DNA of 64,000 nt from Ramazzottius varieornatus (taxonomy: Eukaryota > Animalia > Tardigrada). Below the pieces are notes generated by a model. It had not been told where the DNA came from. It saw nothing but the letters and a program-made list of their open reading frames with translations, and made no database searches. Each line of letters starts with the position of its first letter. Position 1 is the first letter of the stretch. Made by a program: the position numbers and the translations under genes. The stretch covers positions 240,973-304,972 of the forward strand of contig BDGG01000012.1 of the NCBI GenBank assembly GCA_001949185.1, in the 5' to 3' direction. Positions 50,901-64,000 of the stretch are shown here, piece by piece.

Positions 50901-53900
50901 GACTGAAACATGATTAGTTTATCAAGTGGCGCATAATTGCAGCCGATAACAATGAAAGCATGCGTCACTTGAGAACTCGGCAAAATCTTTTTTCCAAATG
51001 GCGCAGGCCTCCAGCCAACAGCACTGCAAACGCGCGCCACTCGAGACAATTCATTCTGCTCAATTCATTAGCCAAAGTTTCAATTGATGATTCAATTTCA
51101 ATGATCAGACTTCCGGTCAATTGTGTTGCGACTATCGGTCGTTAAATTTCATCTGATTCACTTTTTTTTCAGGAACTTGAATATGAAAGGCACACTCTGA
51201 AACGACGCCTCGATGCCATCGAAGGCGAATACGACAGCCGCCTTGCCGAACTCCAAAACGACCTCACCCACGTCCAGAAGGAACTCCAGCACAAAGAATC
51301 CCTGTTTCATGGAGTGGAGGATGACAGGACACGGCTGGTCACTGAACTGTCCGAGCAGAACCAACGCCTCACCGCGCAACTACGAGAGGTAAGATGTTCG
51401 GATGTCAGACAAGAAAAAGGCGTAACCGACTAAGATCCGCCGTCGGCATTTGGAAACGACAGTGATTAGGGCGGAGTACTCGTTGCCTGTTTGCCTCCCA
51501 TGAAGCACCACGAGTTGTTACATGTAATTCCGATGAGTTCACATGCAAATAGTGAGCTCATGAACACAACGACAGCCACGAAGAAAAACAGACGTGATTT
51601 GGAAATTTACGATCGTGTAACAAGGGGTTACGAGTAGTTCGGTCAGCTTCGCTTTTCCGAATGGGTAACGACGAATGAAAAAGTCTCGAACACGGAAATG
51701 AAAGTGTTGCTTCGATGATTGTGGGGTTGACTGTGGTGTTGTCCGCAGGCGCAAGAGATCGAGGCTCAATTGGGTTCGGAAGCTGAGAAGCTCCGTGAGC
51801 AGTTCAATGCGCGAAAGGGGACGGTGACGGACCATGCGCGTCAGCTGGAGCTCTTGAAGGCTGAGGTAAGCGAATGTTGTGAGAAAGACCATTGTAGTCA
51901 CATAATACATTGTTGTTTTCCCCGGTGCGAACCACGTCTAATTTGACGCTGTGGGTGCCAAGGCACGAAGCGTGAAGCTTGACTCTTGTGCTGCTTTTTT
52001 CTTGACAGATCAACGTGTTGGCCGACAAGAAAAACGATCTGGAAAAGCGGGTACACAATCTCACCAACGAACGTAATAGTCTTGTACACAGCCTGGAAGA
52101 TGCCAACGAACAAATTTGCGCGCTGGAAAAACAACTTAGAGACCAGGAATATCGCGTAAGTCAGTTTTCGGTCGGTGGAAATGACCGTAGAAAATTACCG
52201 AAAATTAGATGTCGATTCTCTAATATTGACAGCCCATCTGAATTGAAATCAACGGTCCGGCTCGTACCCTTCAATGGCCAATTTCCTCCATTTCTGTTTT
52301 AGTGCCCACTCAAAACCATCACATGAGAACTCGGCAAATGAGTTTCTCAAGTGACGCACGTGCTCAGTCTTTTAGTCTGAAATGACGCGCCACTTGGAAA
52401 AGCAGCCGAGTTCCCAAGTGGCGCATATTTCCGATGATTTTGGCTAGTAGTGTGCGCTACAAATTGCTTGTCGGCTTCCATACGTACATTTCATCTGATC
52501 TGTATTCTTACAGATTGTCCTTCAAGACCGAGATCTCATCGAGCTTCGCCACTCCAACTCACGCCTTGAGGAACAAGTGGACGAGCTGCATTCTCTCAGT
52601 ACCAGTGGCAGCTCACCTTCTCATGGAACTTCGTTGCTCAACGAATTGGAAGCCGCTCAGTCGGTGGTCAGCGGTAGCGAATACCTCGGCGACCACTTTG
52701 CCAAGTCAACCGGAAACGGCTCTTGCATCGATGACGATGACTCGCCGGCGTCCATTACCCACGAAATTGCCCATGATTATAAGGTACGGGAATGCCATCG
52801 CAACCAATAATTCTGAACAATCTCCGAACATCGCTTAATTACAGTCGCGTGTTTCTCTTTCTGCCTATAGCTAACACAAGACCTAATGAACACCTACGAA
52901 CAACTGCAAAAAGTCTGCACGAGCTTGCTCAGCCAACAAAACGGCGACGGGGTCACTGAAAGCGAAGCGGAAAAGGTGCGACCGATGATCGAAGAACTCA
53001 AACTTTTCATCCAAGACATCAGCCGGCGGCAAGCGGTAAGGTGGATGTCTGTAATGAGAAACCCCCCGTGAATTCTTCAACTTTTCTACAGTTGCTTGCA
53101 AACCATTGTGTTCAATTGCATAGTTGAGTCCTTTCTAAATGCGGTTTCGCTTGTAGGAGAGTGAGTTCGCCGCAAAAGCTGAGCTAAAAGCCTTGTTACG
53201 CGACTTGGACGCAGAACGAGAGAAGTCCAAAGCTCTTCAAGAGCAGCTCAGTACACAACACAACATTACCAGGTCGCGGGAAGATACCATCGAAAATCTA
53301 ACTTCAGAGGTATTACCTGGCTTCCGCTCTCTGACAGACTTTTGTGTGTTGATTAGCTTAAGTTAATCTGGGACGTTTCGTAGCTCTCCCTTCGTGACAC
53401 AGAATTAATCGCTCTAAGAGCAGAGAACGCCAGACTGAAGCAGGAACAAGCCCAACAGGAAATCAACCAGGATGAAGTAGTCAGGAGAGCCAGAGAGGAT
53501 CGTGACCAGGCCATCGCCAGGTAAGCACTGCCAATTCAGTCCAATTACCGACTTCCGGCACTGTTATATTTGGGACAGATTTCTCACTTGGATAATTTTC
53601 AGGCAAAATACGCTGGAACTTGAGCTCACAAGGCACAAGACAGATTTCCGTAGCCTGAGCGCCCAGCTGATGGACGCCATCCAGCAGAAGATCGAACTTT
53701 CCCAGCAGCTCGAAGCGTGGCAGGTAAATCGATGTCATTGGAAACGTCTTTAACGGTCCGAAGTTCAGTTCGTGGCTCTTCGGATTTTTATCTTGAATTT
53801 TTGAATGTTGCAGGTCGATATGCAGTCCATGTTGAACGATCAGCTCAAAGAACGACTTCATCAAGAAGAGCAAAAACGCAGAAAATACAAGGAAGATATG

Positions 53901-53945
53901 GCCGAGCAAAAGTTGAAGGCTAAAAAGTTTGCCCTGTGGCGATAA
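44919..53945 (+). CDS. BICDL1: Bicaudal-D-related dynein adaptor (BICDR/BICDL family); first intron 45252-51172
   Basis: [19 protein letters not shown] (CC1 box), [47 protein letters not shown]. Confidence 0.9.
47715..47842. repeat. Family A monomer, intronic
   Basis: TGACGCAC...GTGCGCCACTGG...TTTGCCGACGTCCC. Confidence 0.75.
48478..48678. repeat. Family A dimer, intronic
   Basis: CAAGTGGCTCAC..GTCCGCCACTT and CAAGCGGCGTAT..GTGCGCCACTTGGG. Confidence 0.78.
49708..49840. repeat. Family B pair, intronic
   Basis: AACGTACATAC-N30-GTATGTAGGTT and AACCTGTATGC-N30-GTATGCAGGTG. Confidence 0.65.
50886..51081. repeat. Family A dimer, intronic
   Basis: CAAGTGGCGCAT..ATGCGTCACTTG joined via AGAACTCGGCAAAATC to CAAATGGCGCAG..GCGCGCCACTCG. 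Confidence 0.8.
52325..52479. repeat. Family A dimer, intronic
   Basis: GAGAACTCGGCAAA..CAAGTGACGCAC..GCGCCACTTGG..GCCGAGTTCCCAAGTGGCGCAT. Confidence 0.8.
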
Positions 53946-54199
53946 TCAAGCTGATAATGTTGTTGTTATCCTGCCGGTGTCGTGATACTTTCTGTTCCCT
54001 ACCGTCCAAAAATGTACCCGCCAAGCTTTCCCGCTTCTTTTGAGTTTTAACACGTCTGCGGTTTACTGAGCACCGTAAAGAGAACAGTCTTCGTTTTGTT
54101 CTAAGACAGCGAAAATGAAAGGAGAAAAACATCCACCTCCCACAATTTAATTATCGCCCATGCGACGGCGCCATCTGGCGAGAACCTGTAAAGAAGCTA

Positions 54200-54354
54200 C
54201 AGTGCACAACAAAATGAGCTTTGAATAATGGGTGTTAGTGGATCCAGTTGGACACAGCGAGTAAAATTTGCGCATTGGCCTAACACTGATTTTGATCCTC
54301 GATCATATTTCAGACGCTCCGCCCCGTTTTGAGAGCTTATTTTGTCGTGCACTG
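54200..54354. mobile_element. Tc1/mariner-type MITE, 155 bp
   Basis: TIRs CAGTGCACAACAAAATGAGCT / AGCTTATTTTGTCGTGCACTG (2 mismatches in 21), TA on both sides. Confidence 0.8.
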
Positions 54355-55304
54355 TACCTTCTGTACAGCTAGGCCATAATTTGCAAACACCGATCTCTTT
54401 TTGCGACAATATGCATTTTCCACATATCACTTTGGCAGAGATTTTTAAAAATTTAAAATTCCGATTTTTATCAAAATCAGTATTGTCGACGGTAAGTTCG
54501 AATGGCACGCTTTGTCAACCGGAGCGTGAAACACTGGATGGCGGCATACTCAGCAACGTAGATTGTACAGTCATAGGGTTCTTGTATTAACAGCACTTCG
54601 CAAAGATGGCGACTGGTGCTGACCAAAGTGTTCGCGACAAACCACCTCGGTGTAAGCCTATCAAAGGCCCAGCGACACTACATTGGTGAAACCCTGATCT
54701 GTTCATGAGCTACAGAAAATTCTACCCGGAAAAGTACTGTATCAAGATCGGTTTGCCGCTCTTTATCCCGCACCGAGCGCTTGTTAGGTCCGCCTTCTCT
54801 AGCGGATCTCTCCTTCCATATCCCCGAAACCATCACGTCAGTAGGCACGGGCTGAGTGATATTTACGAAGGAAACTATTATCTCTACAGGTGGGGAAAAT
54901 TTAATTTATATATTAGAGAAGTTCGGCATCATTAACTGATGGCAAGACGTCGATTTCGTCCGTCTCGCTTCGTTTGGAAGCGCCATCTAGAGGATCGTGA
55001 AGTCTGTGCAGTACGTACATTGTAGGGTACAGAGTACAGGCTTCATGAATCATGATTAGCCATCATGTATGACTCAGTGATGGAAAAGCATAACGGTTGA
55101 TCGATCAACGAATGCCCCCTTTGAGCCACAAGCTCGCCAGCCGGCCATTCTCTTGCAAACAGTCATAAAGGCTTCAAGGTGCAGCAACGTTTACATCTCG
55201 CAGTCAAACTCTTCTCAGCCAACGCTTCCATATTCATCTGCTTTCAACTTCTCCTGTATTTGCGGAGACCTTCGAGATTTACGTCGTGAAACTACAGTCT
55301 CAAC

Positions 55305-58328
<3,024 letters not shown>

Positions 58329-58985
58329 AGACAAGTTGAATCATCCAAATAGAATCTCATTCTCATGTTCACTGCAGTGTTCCTCATTCTGCAGTCCGTT
58401 TTTCCCTCTTTTTTATTCTAGGCTAGTTTTGGTTTTATGATATTCACGTGCAACTTGTAGTCTTATCTTGAGACAAGTACGCGTCGCTTATTGTTTTATC
58501 ACTGTGTGTCGTGTCTTTGTGTTTTCTTATCGTGCGGAGTGACTCTCAATGTCCAAGTATAATCTTCAAGTAAAAGGCGAAAGCGTCAACATTGGAAACT
58601 GGTTTCGGCGAGGTATAAATAGCGGCGTAATCTGTCTGGCAGACACGTGTTAAAGGGCGGTGGTGGTGAGCTTGTACTGACTAACGTACACTGGGTACGA
58701 TCAGGTTTCCGTCTATTTAATTGAGGGCTGTACTACTTGGAGAGCTGTTAAAGTTTAGTCGGCCAGCGAGTCATCTGAAGATCGTGGCCCATATCGCACC
58801 GAAGAATTTTGCTGTATGGTGTGAATACTGGTAGCTGTTTATCTTGCCTACTAGCTTACTGCTGAACCTCGAGGCGAATGCTTCACATTCTGCATCAATA
58901 CAGTATTTTCCACGTCTGAACTGCGTTGAACTGTCTAGATTTTACCACTGAGGCCTTGTGGAAAACGGGATATTCATAAGTCGAA

Positions 58986-61182
<2,197 letters not shown>

Positions 61183-61372
61183 ACGACTGGAGCGCTCAAT
61201 ATGTCTCCTTTTTTATGTTTCATTCGGATGGTAAGTCTTGATTTCTAGACAGTCAAACTTGAAAGAGGAAGCTGCCGATAGATCATTAAAACGAATGAGT
61301 ACTAGTATACATTTTCTTGTTTGAGTATTCTTTGAGGTTGCATTGCGTTGTGGTTTTACTGTTTTCAACACA

Positions 61373-64000
61373 CTATGAAGTGTCTTTTCTAACGAAGAAT
61401 TGAATATAATCGTGGGAGCCTTTGGAATCGAGTCGGGTACGATCTTTCGTGGAGGAACCACGGGCTAGTTTGGGTCGACTACCGCTTCCACTTCCACTTC
61501 CACTGCGTGAGTGGGAAAGCGCGAGGTTCTTCCCGCTGGAGCCTCGCCCAGGCACGACGTAGAACTTTGCGTGAGAGGTACTCTTGAAGATATCGGCCCC
61601 TATTGCAGGTGGACCAGCCTATAAAAGTCAAGCTTGGTGCTGTTGAAGGTTCGGCAAAGTCTACCAAATTTTTCCAAAGTGGCGCACATTACCGTTGTCA
61701 GTGGCTGGTAGCGTGCGCCACTTGGGAAACACGATCTTGGTCGATTTTGTTTTTTACTTTATAATTCAAGTTCAAAAAAGTCCACAGGAAAGGCGTTTGG
61801 ATGAAGACATTCGCGAAAAAGAGTTCCGCTATCCCGAAATGTGTATACTTACATCTGATTTTCTTCTTTGAAGTCGACACTCCATTGCTCGTTCTTGCCA
61901 GTTCTCCAGTCTGTCGATGTGGGGGCTAAAGTCGGCTACTGTGCTGACTCTTTGACCTAAATCAAGCACTTTACATCTTCCAGCTGCTCATTGAGAACTG
62001 TTTAACATTCGAGAGACACTAAGGGCTTGGTGAGAAATCAACATCATATATCCTACAGTGTGGATATTCTTAATTGTCATTGGTTTACCGCGAATGATGG
62101 AAGGCCGCTGGAATCGTTTGGCGTCTTCTGAGACGTCCTCATGGCTCTCTTCCAAATGAGCAGATTCATTTTGTTCGCGTGGAATCTCCTTATTATTGCT
62201 TTGTTGTTGTACCACGGCCTTGGCTCCTTTGATCCGCCAGTTGAGATGCCGTGGGATACTGTAGACCCTCTTCGAAAGTAGTGGCTTGGTGTTTTCGGCG
62301 GAGTGGCCGTTGACGTTTGGACGTTCTGCGATGTCGTATTCTTGGCTGAGATTGTTCAACATGGAAGAGGTCTGGTATACCCCATCTTGAAGTCTAAACA
62401 CCACCAAGAGATAAGGGGCAGAAAACAGTGCGATGCGGCGGAGAGCCGAACTTACGCTGGTTTCTCCCGGTTAAAGAACGCCTTCCACCTCCGGACGTTT
62501 GCACCGTTCCAGGTCCATGTTGTAACGACCATGCCAGTGAAGAAGTAGGGAAGAAGCATGGCGTAGAAGGATCCCAGGTAGGAGTCGCGGACCAAGCGAA
62601 TCTCTCCCGAGCAGTTGTATGGGTTCTCCGAGGTGAGCGACTTGACCTGACACCTAGCAGAAATCCCATCAAGTATACAGAGACTGAAAGCATGAGAACA
62701 TGGGGAAGACCAGCAAAACAACCGTACGGAATCGTTCTGTCAAGTGGCGCACGTTGTCAGTGTTGTCGGCTAGTTGCGCGCGCCACTTGGAACGATCTTG
62801 TCCAGTTCCCAAGTGGCGTTCGCTTTCGCCACCTGACAAATTGTTCCCTTGTGTGGTTCATTTGTCGACCATTCGAACCTGAAAAACTTACTGTACGAAA
62901 TGCCATAATCGATCAGCCCAGAATGGGTCTTGAAAGATTATCAAGAACATGCCGACCGCTTGCAAGCTCAAGAACAGAAACACAACGATGCACAGAACAC
63001 CTAAAAACAGGCGGAGTTTGTGGGTACTATTAAATACTTCAGATAGAGTGTGTGGATAAAAATGGAGGAGGAACCATACCGATGAGACGAAGTCGCCGTA
63101 GTACGCTCCGTTGAGTCTTCTGGGCACCGAAGTCACTCAAACGGGATTTTCGAAGGTTTATCGCATCTGCAACGAAGTACGTATGTCAAAAGCCTTTCAG
63201 AATGTTATGGGGGGTTCGATCGGGTGGTACTTACATAAAATGATGAAGACAAAGGAAATGCTCAAAACGATGGCGAAGGGCGCCAACAGGAAGACGCTCT
63301 TGTATCTCGGAGCGATCCAGCAAACGCCCAACAAATTGTTTCCTTCCACCTAAACAGGCTCAAAAACTAGAAAGCCATTCTTCTATCTATCCGAAAACTA
63401 ATTAGCTTACCGCGTGTAAAAAAACCATTGCAACTGCTGGAACCGCCGGTAAGAGCCACGCTGAACCGTGGAAGAACACAGCGCTGGACTTCGTCAGGGG
63501 AAATATGACTTGCGTGCTCTCCTTATGCTTGCTCAGTATCCGACGGAAGTCCAGAAAGCAAGCGAACATCAGGTGGCCGAACCATATCAGTGCGGACAGT
63601 GTGAAGATGTAGGTGGTGAAGAACGTGAACAAACACAGACCCGTATGGGAATTCCAACTGAAAGAAAGTTCAAGGTTGGTCATGGTGTAGTGTCACGACA
63701 CGCATGCGCCACTCACGCTGGGTGACTTTCAATCTGCATCTGCTGGAGTCCGTCTTCCGTGCAGGTAGCCATTTCTCGAAATGTTGGGATAAACTGCACC
63801 AGGTAACCAATGGACGAAAACAGGAAAGAAACGTTCATGAAGAGGATACATTTGTCTGGACACAGTGGAGTAGGACGCATGGTTTTGAGCTTGAGGATGA
63901 TCGACACCTGCAAAGACTCAAATCAGTATTTGGCAAGGCAGTCGGCGCAGAACGATACGGTAAACGCGTCCATCGTAACGGCACGATTTCGACTGTATGG
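61373..64000 (-). CDS. Class F GPCR, divergent Smoothened-like; 5' part lies beyond the window
   Basis: ILFMNVSFLFSSIGYLVQF..CTEDG, FFHGSAWLLP, VEGNNLLGVCW, FLLAP, TGMVVTTWTW; no Frizzled KTxxxW; long Ser/Arg-rich tail; stop position tentative. Confidence 0.75.
61645..61755. repeat. Family A monomer, intronic
   Basis: AAGTGGCGCAC-N25-GTGCGCCACTTGGGAAACACGATCTTG. Confidence 0.82.
62702..62848. repeat. Family A unit plus truncated second unit, intronic
   Basis: CAAGTGGCGCAC-N25-GCGCGCCACTTGG then AGTTCCCAAGTGGCG. Confidence 0.8.

Overview
Gene-dense eukaryotic (animal) DNA with short, mostly GT-AG introns. It looks like a compact invertebrate genome, possibly a tardigrade or other ecdysozoan, but I cannot verify the taxon. 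Left to right: a small membrane-protein gene, gamma-glutamylcyclotransferase, a hAT-type MITE, MED7, an OCIA-domain gene, TMEM60-like and NUDT19-like genes. A ~7 kb nest of DNA transposons follows (Tigger/pogo with TA TSD, Tc5-like with TGA TSD, and an older outer element holding a spliced zinc-knuckle gene). Then come GCN1, an intron-containing histone quartet (H2A.X-like/H2B, H3/H4) with ATP synthase epsilon inside it, a C2H2 zinc-finger gene, a long coiled-coil gene, a BICD-related adaptor, two tandem alpha-tubulins and the 3' part of a divergent Smoothened-like receptor. The most striking unexplained signal is a dispersed, almost entirely intronic set of fixed-spacing palindromes. Family A is CAAGTGGCGCAC-N25-GTGCGCCACTTG (about 21 loci, about 30 units) and family B is CACCTGCATAC-N30-GTATGCAGGTG (5 loci, 8 units). 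In both, the arms and spacer length are conserved while the spacer sequence drifts. All coordinates and splice sites were read by eye; repeat ends are approximate.
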